This document shows, in pieces, positions 13,236 through 26,840 of a stretch of 64,000 nt of DNA. Position 1 is the first letter of the stretch, and the number at the start of each line of letters is the position of its first letter. The position numbers and the translations under genes were made by a program. The stretch lies in contig NC_043006.1 in the NCBI RefSeq assembly GCF_006345805.1, positions 88,846,001-88,910,000 on the forward strand, written 5' to 3'. This DNA is from Octopus sinensis. Lineage: Eukaryota. The notes below the pieces were generated by a model. It ran no database searches and was not told the origin of the DNA. It was given only the letters and a program-made list of their open reading frames with translations.

Positions 13236-14189
13236 ATTTATGTATGCATGTATATGTATATATGTATATAAATGTATATATTTAAACATTATCGGTCACA
13301 CATACATAGTGTATGTGTTTATACACCAACATTGCTGTGGAATAGCGTCCAAAGAAAACTCCCTACAGGAAGCCTAGTGTTCAAGAACACCTGAATGCCA
13401 CAGACCAAGTGATATAACTAGCCTTGGGATCACTGAAAACGGGAGATACCGATATTTCGCACTTTTTTTTTTGGCTTATCAATACCATGTACTCGAATCA
13501 TCTCGAAATGAAATGAGTCGCTGGTCTGAGACATAGGCAAATAAAGTGAAATCTATTTACTGATGAGCTGCAGCGTAGCACATATGATAGAAAATTAAAT
13601 TACGAATTAAAAACAGCTCTAGGAATGTAAACATTTTCAGTTGCGCATGCATAATGTATATGTTTTATTCATACGGTATATTTGCTGATGGATAGCGACC
13701 AGGGAAAGCTCCCTAAGTATGTATGTATGTGTGCGCGTGTGTGTGTGTGTATACATATGATGTTTTATATATACATATATATATAATTAATATAGACAGG
13801 CGTGTGCAATGGAAAACTATGATTATCACTGAATATGACTCGGGTTTAGAACATCTACATTGCTAGAAAAAGAGTTACGAAATTAGCCCAAACTGACCGA
13901 TCAGTATAGGGAATTTCTCGACCAGTGGTTTCAGGGGCTTACAGTACACACGTATACAATTATATGCTTTAACTACAGCATTAGAGCTTTTTAACTCTTA
14001 TTTCAGGCAATGTAATCATATTTAATGACAATTATATATATAGGCGCAGGAGTGGCTGTGTGGTAATAATATGAAATTATATGAATATACATATATAAAA
14101 TTGTATATTTGTGTGTATATATAACTTTGTATTTGCTTATGTGATTGAGCATGAGTGTATAAATTTTTAAGTGTGTAAAAGTATTACAT

Positions 14190-14434
14190 TCGTTAATTCT
14201 TTTACTTGGTTCACTTATTTGATTGCGGCCATGCTGGAGCACCGCTTTTAGTCGAGCAAATCGAGCCCAGGACTTATTCTTTGTATTGGTCTCTTTTGCC
14301 GAACCGCTATGTTACGGGGACATAAACACACCAATATTTCTCAAGCGATGTTGGGGGGATAAAGAACACACACAAACACATACAGACACGTAAATCACGT
14401 AAATATATAAATATATATACATATATATATATAT

Positions 14435-14479
<45 letters not shown>

Positions 14480-14629
14480 ATATATTACGAGGGGCTTCTT
14501 TCAGTTTCTGTCTACCAAATCTACTCACAAGGCTTTGATTGGTCCGAGGCTATAGTAGGAGACACTTTACCCAGAGTGTCATGCAGTGGGACTGAAACAG
14601 GAACTATGTGGTTGGTAAGCAAGCTACTT
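14190..14629 (-). mobile_element. SINE family A, body; its 5' head lies at 16740-16771, displaced by a 2.1 kb insertion
   Basis: Sequence resumes exactly after the duplicated GTAAGCAAGCTACTT. Confidence 0.85.
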
Positions 14630-16739
14630 TAATTCAAAAAATTTTCCCATAAAGGCATGATACAGGGTAGCTTGCGGGCTGGACAAAGACATTGATGAGA
14701 TGAATGATGAAATAAAATGATATTAATGGGAGAAGACAAAAAACGCCCGCCGATTTTTGCTTCTCTAAAACATTTTTTTTACACAAAAAACAAAGCGAGG
14801 TATTGAACCTCTTACTTCCGTTTTTACAATTTTTGGACTTAATAGTCCATTTACAAATTGAGGCGCTGAGCCTCTTACACAATTAAACATTATAACACTG
14901 AGGCTTTTCAATCTCTTGTCAATTTTCCTCCCCAACAACGTTTGTGCCCGTATACTCCGCCATTACCCACGCCTCGTTTAAAACCAAAGCGGACTCCGAG
15001 TCGGCGTCGTCTGGCCACAAGCGATATTCCTCTTTGAGTCCCTCCAGCCTACGTATCACGGGCAACGTTATGGAGGCCATTCGGGTTCCCGTGTGAAAGT
15101 TAAAGGTATTCCCTTAGAGTGTTTTTTCACCACCTTTTCTACATCTCCACCTCTGTAGAATAAGATCAATAATTTGTCTTCCTCCGCGGTCGAGGTAGTC
15201 AATTCTACCGTTGGCGGCACAATTCCAGCCAACGGTGTCTCTTCCTCTGCCTGTGGCACAACCGACGAGGTTACAGCTTCCTCTGTCGGTGGCACGATTC
15301 CCACCGAAGATGCCTCGGGACGAGTCGGCAGTACACTGCATACCTCCGGCACTGTCCCATTCATTTTCTCTTTTTCTTTTTTATCTTTGGTGCGGGAGGG
15401 GTTGGCTCCTTCGCCATAACTGCAGGAACCTCGCTTCCTACCGCAACCCCGGGATCCCTCGGAGAGCAACCATTATTGCTCCCCTTCTTCCTTTTTCTCC
15501 CCTTTTTTCGGGCGAGATCACTCTCCCCTCCTCCATCTCTCCTTCCGAAGGAGGAGGGGAAGGGGTTCTCCCACAACTAACTGCTCCAGGACCCTGCTCT
15601 GGGCCTTGGGACAGTTCTTCTTAATATGGCCAGGCTCCAGGCACTGATGACACTTGGGTAGGGGGGGGGGTTCCTCAAGAATCACTGGATCCGGCCATCC
15701 TCAAAAAATCTGAGAACACCAGATCATAGGCTGATTGGGTCTACAGGGTCAAAACTGCTTTTGACCCCACCCAATCAGCCGCAGGCATCATTTTAATATT
15801 CAAATGCTTGGCTCCGCTGCCACCCAGACCCCGGTAGATAGTGTCCTCTATCCAGTCGGGATCTGTCCGGGTGGCAGCCCACACACCCAAGCTCCTGTCA
15901 ATTTCCTCCTACGATATGTGGGCAGGAAAAGAATTTTCTCCCCTTCTAGGGGCTGGCTCGAAAAAATGCGAGCCTCCTCAGGAGTATCAAATAGCAACCA
16001 TATTGTTGCATATTTGATACCCCTTGCAATAAACTTAATGGTTGGCAGGTATTCTGCCAACTCCTTCTCAATATCTACTAAGAGAACACAGTGATGGTGT
16101 CGAGGGACTTGGAATATGTCCTCAACACCACCGTCTCTCTCTTAAGGTCCTTTACCCACTGTTTGGAGGGCACGATTTCCCACTCCAAGACAGTGTTTTT
16201 ATTTTTTGCCATACTTTGCAAAAAAAAAAACACAGGAAAAAGTTCAAAAAAGTTCAAAACCAAATACATGTCCAAAGAAACACAAAGAAAGAACAGAAAG
16301 ACAGGACAGAGAAAAGAACAAAGGAAGACAGTTCCAGCACGGCCACACAATTCCACCACTTAGGTAATCCGGATCCACAGGTAATCCGCAAATAATCCAC
16401 AGGTAACCCTCTAGCATATTGCTTCACACAGGTACTCCAGTTCACCGTAGCAGCAAAAGAATTCCTCCACGAATGGGTCAAATTTTTATAAACTTTTCAA
16501 ATTTTGGTAGCGATCACGCCCACCAAAACAAAACAATTCTCACTGCTAAGTGAGTTACTCAGCGCGACTGCAGCAGACAAATGTTCGAGACCCAGTGGGG
16601 ATTTCTTATATGAAAAAAGGAAAAACAATGTCATAGAACAAATTCCCCACTAAGTCCCTTAAAAAACAAGTGCCTAACTTGCAGTCGTGCCTCTTCAACA
16701 GTGTTCAATCCCAAAATCAAGTAGCAAACACGCATGCCC
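14630..16739 (-). mobile_element. ORF1-only (gag-like) non-autonomous retroelement with 15-bp TSD
   Basis: TSD GTAAGCAAGCTACTT at 14615-14629 and 16740-16754; no LTR or RT-like sequence seen. Confidence 0.8.
14919..16212 (-). pseudogene. Disrupted gag-like ORF1 with CCHC zinc knuckle
   Basis: MAKNKNTVLEWEIVPSKQW..., YATIWLLFDTPEEA..., CHQCLEPGHIKKNC at 15611-15652 (CX2CX4HX4C), basic/acidic low-complexity tail; several frameshifts and stops. Confidence 0.75.
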
Positions 16740-17142
16740 GTAAGCAAGCTACTTACCACACAGTCACTCCTATGTCTATATATGTACGTATTGTCATCGT
16801 TTCCGTTTGCTAAAACTTTAGGCATTCAGCTTTCAATTGAGTCAATTCTTCCGTTAAAGGTTTTCATGTTAATACAAATATACATATATGTGTCTGTCTA
16901 CGCACACGCGTATATGTATTTATGAATGTATGCATATATTGTATGTATGTATGCATGTATGTATGTATGTTCTATTTTTTCCTCGAACAAACCAATGACA
17001 TGAATGATTTAGGCGGCGAAAGCTGCGCAGTAGGGGTGCTATGTGTATGTATATGTGCTATGTGTATATATGCGCGTGGATATATATTTATGTATGCATG
17101 TATCTATATAGGTATATATGTGTGCGTGTGCATACATGTATC

Positions 17143-18110
17143 AAAATACAGAACCCCAGCGATGTCTCGCAGAAAATACAGAACCCCAGCGATGTTGCAC
17201 ACCTGCAGCAGGAGTTGGACTTAATCTACAGATGGGCTGAGGATAATAATATGCAGTTTAATGCTGAAAAATTCCAGGCCCTGCGCACCAGCATCCAAAA
17301 ATGAATATTAACCTACAGGATACACCGGTCCACAGGGAATTTCAATCCCAGAGCTAAGTCTGTGAGGGATCTGGGTATCGACATGAGTGATGATACCTCT
17401 TTCCAAGTGCACATTACCAGGATGGCGACAAAGTGCAGACGACTGGCTGGGTGGATCCTAAGAACATTCAGAACCAGAGATAAGGAAACCATGATGGTCC
17501 TCTGGCGGACATTCGTCCTCAGTCGCCTGGATTACTGCTCACAGCTATGGTCACCCACCAGTGTAAAATTAACAGCGGACCTTGAAGCAATCCAGAGAAG
17601 ATCCACAAAGAAGATCGTCTCTTGCAACAGCTCAGCTACTGGGAAAGGGTTGAAACAGCTAAGATCTACTCCCTGGAGAGAAGACGGGAGGGTATGCAGT
17701 AATATATGTCTGGAAGATCCTGGAAGGAATTGTGCCAATTTTGGCATTGTAAGCTACACCAATGCTAGGATGGGACGACACTGCATAGTGCCAAAGATCC
17801 CAGCAATGCCATCACGCTTCAGGACCAGCTTCTGCAACAGCCTGGGTTTCAGCTTTTTAATATTCTCCCAAAGAGTCTGAGTAACTTGCACAAAGTAGAT
17901 GTAGCGGTTTTTAAATCAAAGCTCGACATCTTCCTGTCAAGAGTCCCAGATGAACCTACCTCACGGCAAGAGGTGCAAATGGGAGTAGCTATATCAAACT
18001 CCATTCTTCACCAAGTGCCACATATTAGACGAGGTTCGTCGTAATAACAGTGTAGCACAAAACGGCGGTGGCATCAACATGGCCGCAGCTCTGAGCTGAA
18101 ACTGGAAACT
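17143..18110 (+). mobile_element. CR1-clade LINE, 5'-truncated 3' fragment
   Basis: LQQELDLIYRWAEDNNMQFNAEKF, RDLGIDMSDD..F..HI, ILRTFRTRD..LWRTFVLSRLDYCSQLWSP; 23-bp tandem duplication at the 5' junction. Confidence 0.88.
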
Positions 18111-18164
18111 ATATTTTAACTATATATATAATATATATATTATATTATATATACATATATATAT

Positions 18165-18222
<58 letters not shown>

Positions 18223-18277
18223 ATATAATAATATACATATATATATATATATATATAGATATATATATATATCTAAT

Positions 18278-18313
<36 letters not shown>

Positions 18314-18317
18314 ATAT

Positions 18318-18512
18318 AGTTAATTCCAAACTTAAGACACAAAGAGAAAATACAACGCGAGGACGTGGACAAGTATAGTGTTATTGGATGCTCAGGAAAG
18401 AAGAAAGAAGGAGGGCTTAACGTTTCGAGCGGAGCTCTTCGTCAGAAACATAGGAAAAGGAAAGATCCAAAGAAGGGAAGACGGAGGAAAAAATCGCCAA
18501 CGGTACACACGC
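18318..18512 (-). mobile_element. Family F1 pLTR-like element
   Basis: Reverse complement aligns with 3405-3612. Confidence 0.75.
18416..18448 (-). ncRNA. Minimal hammerhead, canonical CUGACGA core
   Basis: TTT-CTGACGA-A-GAGC(TCC)GCTC-GAAAC-GTT/AAG. Confidence 0.7.
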
Positions 18513-19081
18513 GGTCACACACACATATATATATATGTGTGTGTGTGTGTATGCTTACCTTCAATATATTTTGCTTATTCCACTCATTGGACTAAGGTCA
18601 TACTGGGGCAGTGCCTCGGAGTGTCATAGTTGATCATGTCGAAACCAGTACTAGCTTTCATGGCGTGGCGTATATTTTAGCATCTCACCTTCATACACAC
18701 ACACACATTGTAAAGAAGTAAATAAAAATACAATTTGTGGTACATGTCAGTGTCTTGAAATAATAGGCTGCAGCAACAATTCTCAACGTTGTGCAATCTA
18801 TAATAAAACCGTCAATTTACATAAACATTGACTAAACATGAACCAGAATAAAAAAAAATATAAACCAAATCAAATGTTTCAGCTAATTATTAATACAGTC
18901 ACCTCTGATTGAATGCAATGAGTTTCTAGAAACATGGTTTAAATCCATCATTACCTGCATAATTACAGGTAATTAGTGGGTATCTGTATGTGCGTGTGTG
19001 TATGCGCGTACGTATATGTGTGCAGATTAAGAATAACAAGTTGAAGAAAAAGCTATAGATAAAAAGTTATTCGTGTAAATA

Positions 19082-19123
19082 AGCAATCTGACCTAAAGTA
19101 AGATAAATACATAAACAGGAATA

Positions 19124-19198
<75 letters not shown>

Positions 19199-19301
19199 GC
19201 ATATGTATATTTTTACATACATATATATTTATGCACACATATACTTGTATATACATATGTATATATATACATAATGTATATGAGTACTATTATATGTATA
19301 A

Positions 19302-19334
<33 letters not shown>

Positions 19335-19437
19335 ATATATATATCTATATATATATTAGATATATATATTGTGTGTATTAATATATATAAGCAATCTGAC
19401 CTAAGTAAGATAAATACACAAACAGGAATGTATTATT

Positions 19438-19478
<41 letters not shown>

Positions 19479-19514
19479 GCATACGTATATTTTTACATGC
19501 TATACATATATATA

Positions 19515-19546
<32 letters not shown>

Positions 19547-19838
19547 ATATATATATATATATTATATATATATATATATATATACATATATTTATGCACA
19601 CATATACTTCTATATAGACATATGTATATATACATATGTATATGAGTACATATGTATATAAATATATCTATATATATATATATATGTATATAAATATATA
19701 TAAGCAATCTGACCTAAAGTAAGATAAATACACAACAGGAATGTATATATTTGTATATATATATATATATATACACACGCATATGTATATTTTTACATGC
19801 ATACATATATAAAAATATATATAATATTACATATATAT

Positions 19839-19902
<64 letters not shown>

Positions 19903-19990
19903 TATTTTCACACATATACTTCTATATAGACATATGTATATATACATATGTATATGAGTACATATGTATATAAATATATATATATATATA
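19082..19990. repeat. Three tandem ~310-bp units mixing a unique anchor with TA-rich tracts
   Basis: gcaatctgacctaa(a)gtaagataaatac..aacaggaat at ~19082, ~19392, ~19704 with shared downstream landmarks. Confidence 0.85.
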
Positions 19991-20145
19991 TAATATTCAT
20001 GTATAAGATTGCTGTATACCTGCATGTAGTCTATAGGTGTATATACGTATGCATATATGTATAGGAATACGGAAATGTCACATAAATGGCTAAAAATGTG
20101 CGTATACACGTTTACACATAGACATGTACACACACACACACACAC

Positions 20146-20187
<42 letters not shown>

Positions 20188-20200
20188 TATATATATATAT

Positions 20201-21035
20201 TTCGTTGTTCGAAAAACAGTTTGTTTTTTATGTTCTCGTTTCTCATTTTGTTGCCGTTTTTTATGTCCTGGCCCACATATACATGTATATATGCTTATAT
20301 GTGTAGGTATGTACATATATGTGTGTATATATGCATATATTTATATATTATTTATATTATATGCTCGAACCCCACGCATCCATTTTCAAGTAAGTTTTAT
20401 CTCTATAATTCCGATGCGCACTCTATCCCTCTCTATTCTTTCTGTGTATATCCCTCTTTTCTTCTTCCTTTCTGTTTTTCTCTGCCACCCACTCCATGTT
20501 CTTCTCCTCTGCTCTTCACCGTCCCGCGCCCCTCTCTCTCTCTCTCTCTCTCACACACACTCTTCCTCCTTCTCTCTCTCGTTGCTCACACGTGACCAAC
20601 GACTGTCTATCTTCCTTTCTTCCACTTCCTTCCTGGAGGCAGGACGTGCTTTTGCCTGTCTCATCTCGGGGCTCGTTTTTTCCAGCGTTCACCACTTCAC
20701 ATCGTCTTCGCTTAGCAGACCTTGCCGTTTGTTTTTACTGTTTTGTTCTTACTGTCCTGTTTTTCTTATCACTTTAACCCTCCACAAAAAATCCCAAATT
20801 TTGTTTGGTTTGCTTTGCGTGAGGGACTGTTTTGGCTAGGTCGTGTCTAGTCCCTGCCTTCAAGGCGCAGAGTAATTGAAACAGGGGACAACAGATGAGA
20901 AGAATGTTCTTTATGTTGCATGTCCCGTTTCTCTATTTGTTTCTTTCGTTGTTCGAAAAAAAGTTCGTTTTCTATGTTTTTATTTTTTTATGTTTTCGTT
21001 TCTCATTTTGTTGACTTTTTTATGTCCTGTGCCCA
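20201..21035 (+). mobile_element. ~745-bp-period non-coding element with ~80-bp terminal direct repeats
   Basis: ttcgttgttcgaaaaa..tttctcattttgttg..tatgtcctg at 20201 and 20945; internal CT-tract and CACGTGACC; TA flanks. Confidence 0.65.
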
Positions 21036-21123
21036 TATATACATGTATATATGCATATATTTATGTAAATTTATATTATATACATACATATATATATATA
21101 TTTTTATATTTTATATATATATT

Positions 21124-21208
<85 letters not shown>

Positions 21209-21589
21209 GATTACATGCTAAACTTGTGGTTTAAGGACCGTACCTAAACTATTTGGTTTGTTTTTCTCTCTCTTTAAGTGAAGATTGAGGAGAATTTTGA
21301 TCCGTAATTGATGTCTATAGCTTAATAGAATGAAGGTCAATAGGTTATGTCTATGTGACAAACACAGCTAAGTTTTCAGAAAGTGTTAGTCTGTGAGTCT
21401 AAAATGCACAAATCAGTATCTTTCTAGGTGTAAGTTATAACTCGTCACACTCCAGCTGAATGTCGTATACACATTTTCGTTTGTTGAAAGGTTTGCTATT
21501 ATAGAAATTTACAGACAAAAACAGACGAAAAGAAAAGAATGAAACAGAAAAGAATAGATTTAGAGATTTCCTTCATAGCATAGCGGACC

Positions 21590-22090
21590 TTTAGTCTAAA
21601 GTATGATCCAAGAGAGTGACTTTCACGTCGGCCACTATGTATATATCTGCATGAAGATATCTGATAAAGATATCGTATTTACTGATGAAATTTTGAAAGT
21701 GTACAATTTGTATCTTCTTTATTAGGCAATGATTGCCCTTATATATTTTGATATATGTTTCTGAGTACCGTTTGTGAACCATCTTCTTGCATTTAAAATA
21801 GCATATATTGTCCGCTAAAATTGACGTTATCAGTTAGTCTGAATGTTTGAAATATGTAATAAGACATTTGTAACATCTTTGCTTAAATTTGCACTCAACT
21901 TTACCAATAAAATTGTTTCTTAAGAGTAAGAGTTCCTGAACTGCTCAATCTCGCATGTAATATGTGTTGTGACATTTTTAACTTATGCGAACCTATTTTT
22001 TAGTCGAACTGGAAGAGTGTTGATAAGAAATTCCTAGCGTTTCTAAACTTCGGGGGTTAACAGGAAAACTTTGGTAGTCTACATATCTAT
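21590..22090 (-). mobile_element. Highly decayed PLE linker/GIY-YIG remnant (tentative)
   Basis: Minus-strand fragments RNFLSTL, CKFKQRCYKC, NICYFKCKK resembling Penelope EN-region motifs. Confidence 0.35.
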
Positions 22091-22559
22091 ACTGTTATAC
22101 GCATTGTAAACTAGTTATGATCTCCCAAGGAAATTGAGCTATCTTGGTGCTTGCCGATGTGTATGACTCTATATATGACTCTATATATGCACATGCACAC
22201 ACACACTCACACACACACATGTACATTCATACATACACACATACATACAGGCCCATCGCCAGACTTTGGTGCCTGGTGGTACTTCAGAATACTCTGGGTG
22301 AGCACTAATTTGTAATAATGCTAAAGCAGAGTTTCGAAATAAGTATATCACTGTAACTCTGAGGGTGCACCATTGAATAATGAGAGGGTAGTGCCGTTCA
22401 GTGCACACCATTAGCGACTGGCATACATACATACATACATACATACATACATACATACATACATACATACATACATACATACATACATACATACATACAT
22501 ACCTGCATACATAAAGCTTACAAATCTGCACATACATACATACATACAGAAAACTATGC

Positions 22560-23912
22560 ATGGATATGTTACTAGAAAGCTCCATGATGATAGTAACATC
22601 GATCATCAAAGCAGTTTATCATGGACCAATAGACGGATTACTATCTTCCACTTAGAAGGGTATGCGTTTACAATCCAGTAACATGAAATATCAACCAAAT
22701 ACCTGATGTACAAAAGGAATGGAGATGCAGGAAAAGCCGTAAAGTGTGACAACCGAGGCAGATTTTGTGGAGTTCACACCGAAGATATCACAAACATCAT
22801 AAGCAGTTGTCCACCAAAAATGTCACCACGGTATTAATCTACCGATGAGACATGACGTTGTAGCTTGGACTCTCTATAATGAAATCCGTCGGAAGGATAA
22901 TCCCGAGGACACAGAAATAAGAACCCACAATAACAATGATACTGGTGGAATGTACCAGTGAAGATCTCAATAAAATGTAGGCACAACAGACTTGATATGA
23001 GGATTTGGGATAAAGAAGAGAAACTGTGCACAGTTGTGGAAATTAGCTGCCCAGCGGATGTTAACATAAAGCTGAAGATCAGTGAAAATGAGAACACCTA
23101 TGCTGAACTATTGAGAAATCTGCAATTACTCTATCCAGATTACAAGTTCAGGTTTACACCTGTAATTATTGGAGCCCTGGGATATGTACCACAATAGCCT
23201 AACTACCAGTATTGAGAAACTAGGCTTCACAAAATCTGCAAGGAGACAGCTAATTCGAAGATTACAAATTTAATCCATCAATGGAACTGTAAAAATCTGT
23301 AAAACTTTGCAGAATTTTATCATTTAAATATATATAAGTATGTCTAGATATGCAATTATATGCATAAGAATACATACATACATACGTACGTACATACATA
23401 CATACATACATACATACATACATACATACATACATACATACATACATACATACATACATACATACATGCCACCGTGATCACCGTGACCGACCAGGCTATC
23501 AGATGTTGCTACACATCGCTGGTCACAATGCGCTTCGCATTGCTTTAGAATTTAAAATGACGCCACCCCGCTGGCTAAGCGAGCAGGCCAACAGAAGAAA
23601 GAGTGAGAGAAAGTTATGGCGAAAGGGTACAGCAGGGATCGCCACTACCCTCTGTCGGAGCCTCGTGGAGCTTTAGGTGTTTTGGCTCAATAAACACTCA
23701 CAACGCCCGGTCTAGGAATCGAAACCGCGATCCTACGACCGCGAGTCTACTACCCTAACAACTGGGCCATTGCGTCTCAACATACATACATATATACATA
23801 CAAAAATACCCTGTTGTTGATGTTGAAATTTCAATGAAGGAGCCTTGGATCTAGGTTAGAAACCGGTTCTTTCTCTATTGACAAGAAATCCTGAAATAAA
23901 CTGAATAATGAC
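22560..23912 (+). mobile_element. R4/Dong-like RLE non-LTR retrotransposon, 3' fragment (CCHC + restriction-like endonuclease + 3' UTR)
   Basis: RFCGVHTEDITNIISSC..RHDVVAWTLY; RHNRLDMRIWDKEEKLCTVVEISCP..K..Y..L..L..LYPDYKFRFTPVIIGALG; interrupted by SINE C. Confidence 0.85.
23467..23778 (-). mobile_element. tRNA-derived SINE (family C)
   Basis: Reverse complement GACGCAATGGCCCAGTTGTTAGG (A box)..GGTTTCGATTCC (B box). Confidence 0.75.
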
Positions 23913-24611
23913 AAACATACTGCATGTCTCGATGACAGTAGAGTAAACTCATCTACTGTTTCCAAGTGTCCGCAGACGATAAAACAAACTTGGGATCGGA
24001 CGTTTTCCCAAGTCTTTAAGGCTAATCCCCAAGCTGTGGGTGTCTTTTTTAGTCTCTAGCCGGTTATTCCCCATTTCATTCTTTCTACATACATTCAATT
24101 TATCAGGCCAGTTATATTTTATTTTTGTAAAAGATTCTGGTTGAAACCACACTATATTCGTAATTCTTGCTTATAATACTCTCAGCATCCTTGTTGCAAA
24201 TAAATAAACTTTTTTTTATAATTAATTATGTGTGTAAATACACTGTCACAGCTAGCACTAACTACCTCTCAGTTATAAATATGATGCTTAATAATAACAA
24301 TAGTGTTAACAACGATATACATTAATAATGTATATCATAATGTAATTGGTTGAACTATGGAAACAGACAAGGTAATGTAACATTAATACATTCATTATTA
24401 TTATTGTTGTTGTTGTTGTTGTTGTTATCACAATTATTATATCAATTTCACAAGATCATTCTTTAATTTTTTATTGTTCATATGGTTATGTTTGTTAAAT
24501 TGTGAATTGATATTCGTGTAAAGAATGTGTATGTATATGTAAGAGGGAACGTGAGTAGTGTATGCGTATATGCGTGTATATGTATGAATATGCATAATTA
24601 TGTATGTGTAT

Positions 24612-24645
<34 letters not shown>

Positions 24646-24811
24646 GCATATATATATATATATATGCATATATATATATGATTATATGCGTGTGATCCAT
24701 ATATAAGCATGTATGCATGTATGTATGTATGTATGCATACATGCACGTATGTATGTATGTGTGTATGTAAGAGTCTGAGTCGGTAGGGGAGTGTATGTGT
24801 ATATATGTATG

Positions 24812-24853
<42 letters not shown>

Positions 24854-25069
24854 TATATATGCATATATATGTGTGTGCGCGCATGTGTGTATGTTTGTGT
24901 GTGTTATTGATACTTCTGTATTGCATAATTATATTATAAATGTATTTATTCCAGTATCCACACACGCAAGTAGATACACAGACATACCTATACAGGCAGA
25001 GAATACGTATACATACGCACAACTATACATACATGCATACATACACACTTTCATCCATACATCGATATT

Positions 25070-25107
<38 letters not shown>

Positions 25108-25480
25108 AGCTGGCAGAATCGTTAGCCGGGCGAAATGCTAAGCGGTATTTCGTCTGTCTTTACTTTCTGAGTTCAAATTCCGCCGAGGTCGACTTTGCCT
25201 TTCATCCTTTCGGGGTCGATTAAATAAGTACCAGTTACGCATAGGGGTCGATATAATCGACTTAATCCGTCTGTCTGTCTTTGTGCGCCGTAACGAAATA
25301 AGAATCGTTAGCACACCGGGCTAAATCGTTAGCGTCATTTCGTACGTCGTTTCTTTCTGATCTCGAATGCTGCCGGGGTCGAATTTGTCTTTCGTGCTTT
25401 TCAAGTACCAATTGAACACTGGGGTCAGTGTACTCGAGTTATTCCCTTCCTCCGAAACTGATAGCCTTGTGCCAAAATTT
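25108..25480 (+). mobile_element. SINE family B plus a second degenerate copy in tandem
   Basis: AGCTGGCAGAATCGTTAG..GAGTTCAAATTCCGCCGAGGTCGACTTTGCCTTTCATCC. Confidence 0.85.
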
Positions 25481-25489
25481 GAAACCAAT

Positions 25490-25520
<31 letters not shown>

Positions 25521-25853
25521 TGTGTGCGCGCGCGTGCGAGAGTGTGTGTGCGTGACAGGAGATATGTGCGTGCGCGTGTGTTTGTGTGAGTGCGCGGGTG
25601 TGTATGTATGTTTGTGTATGTGCGTGAGTGTGTGTGTATGTGTTTGTGCGTAAGTGTGTCTGTATGTGTGTCTGTGTGCGTCAGTGTGTGTGCGTATTAA
25701 ATATAATGAGACCAGGATGACAAGAAAGAAATACTAGGGTTGATTTGTTCCACTAAACCCCTTCAGGCAATGCCCCAACATGACCGCAGTACAATGACTG
25801 AAACAAACAAAAGATAAAAGATACGTGTGTGTGTGTGTGTATGTGTGTGTGCA

Positions 25854-25884
<31 letters not shown>

Positions 25885-25949
25885 AGGTAGGTAGGTAGGT
25901 TGGTAGGTAGGTAGGTAGGTAGGTAGGTAGGCATGCATGTATATATGTA

Positions 25950-26840
25950 TGTCATTATTCAGTTAGATTTCAAGATTTCTTGCCAACAGAGAAAGAACCG
26001 GTTTCTAACTTAGATCCATGGCTCCTTCATTTGAATTTCAACATCAAACAGGTACTTTTGTATATATGCATTTATGCATGTACGTATGCATGCAAGCTTG
26101 TATGGATGTATGCATGTATATATACAGATTTGTATGTTTTGCTTTATGTATGCCTTCTCATGCATATACTTGCATATCTAGACACGCTGATATATATTTA
26201 AATGATGAACTTCAGGAAAGTTTTACCGATTCTTACAGGTCCAGTGATGGATTGGATCTGTAGTATTCGAATTAGCTTTCCCCTTTCTCAATAGTTCAGC
26301 GTCGGTGTTCTCTTTTTCACTGATCTTCAGATTTATGTTAACATCCGCTGGGCAGCTAATTTCCACAACTGTACACAGTTTTTCCTCTCTATCCCAAATC
26401 ATTATATTAGATCTTTTGTGCTTACATGTTTTGAAGTTTTTACTGGATATTCCACCAGTGCTTTTTATTATGAGTGGCTATGGCTTCTACCATATTGTGG
26501 GTTCTTATTTCGTTGTCTTCGGGATTATCCTTCCGACGTATTTCATTATAGAGAGTCCAAGCTACAACATTGTGTCTCTTCGGCAGATAATATTGTGATG
26601 ACATCGTTGGACAACTGCTTATGATGTGGGTCATATCTTCGGTGTTAACTCCACAAAGTCTGCATCGCTCGTTACATTTTACTGCTTTTCCTACATCTTT
26701 ATCCTTTTTGTGCATCAGGTATTTGATTGATTTTTCCTGTTCATGGATTGTGGCGGCTGCGATGATGTGGGGATTGTCTCAGGTCATTGTTGTTTAAGTA
26801 GATGCTACCTATTTGTGATAAACCCATCTGCTATTCAGGC
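25950..26840 (-). mobile_element. R4/Dong-like RLE LINE 3' fragment, inverted relative to 22560-23912
   Basis: RCRLCGVNTEDMTHIISSC..RHNVVAWTLY; same 3' UTR including the ~100-bp tail at 25950-26050. Confidence 0.85.

Noticed and set aside
15644-15650. CTGATGA on + strand
   Set aside because: Antisense of the zinc-knuckle codons; no GAAA or stems
23931-24040. Open frame DDSRVNSSTVSKCPQTIKQTWDRTFSQVFKANPQA
   Set aside because: Weak splice signals, directly abutting a retroelement tail
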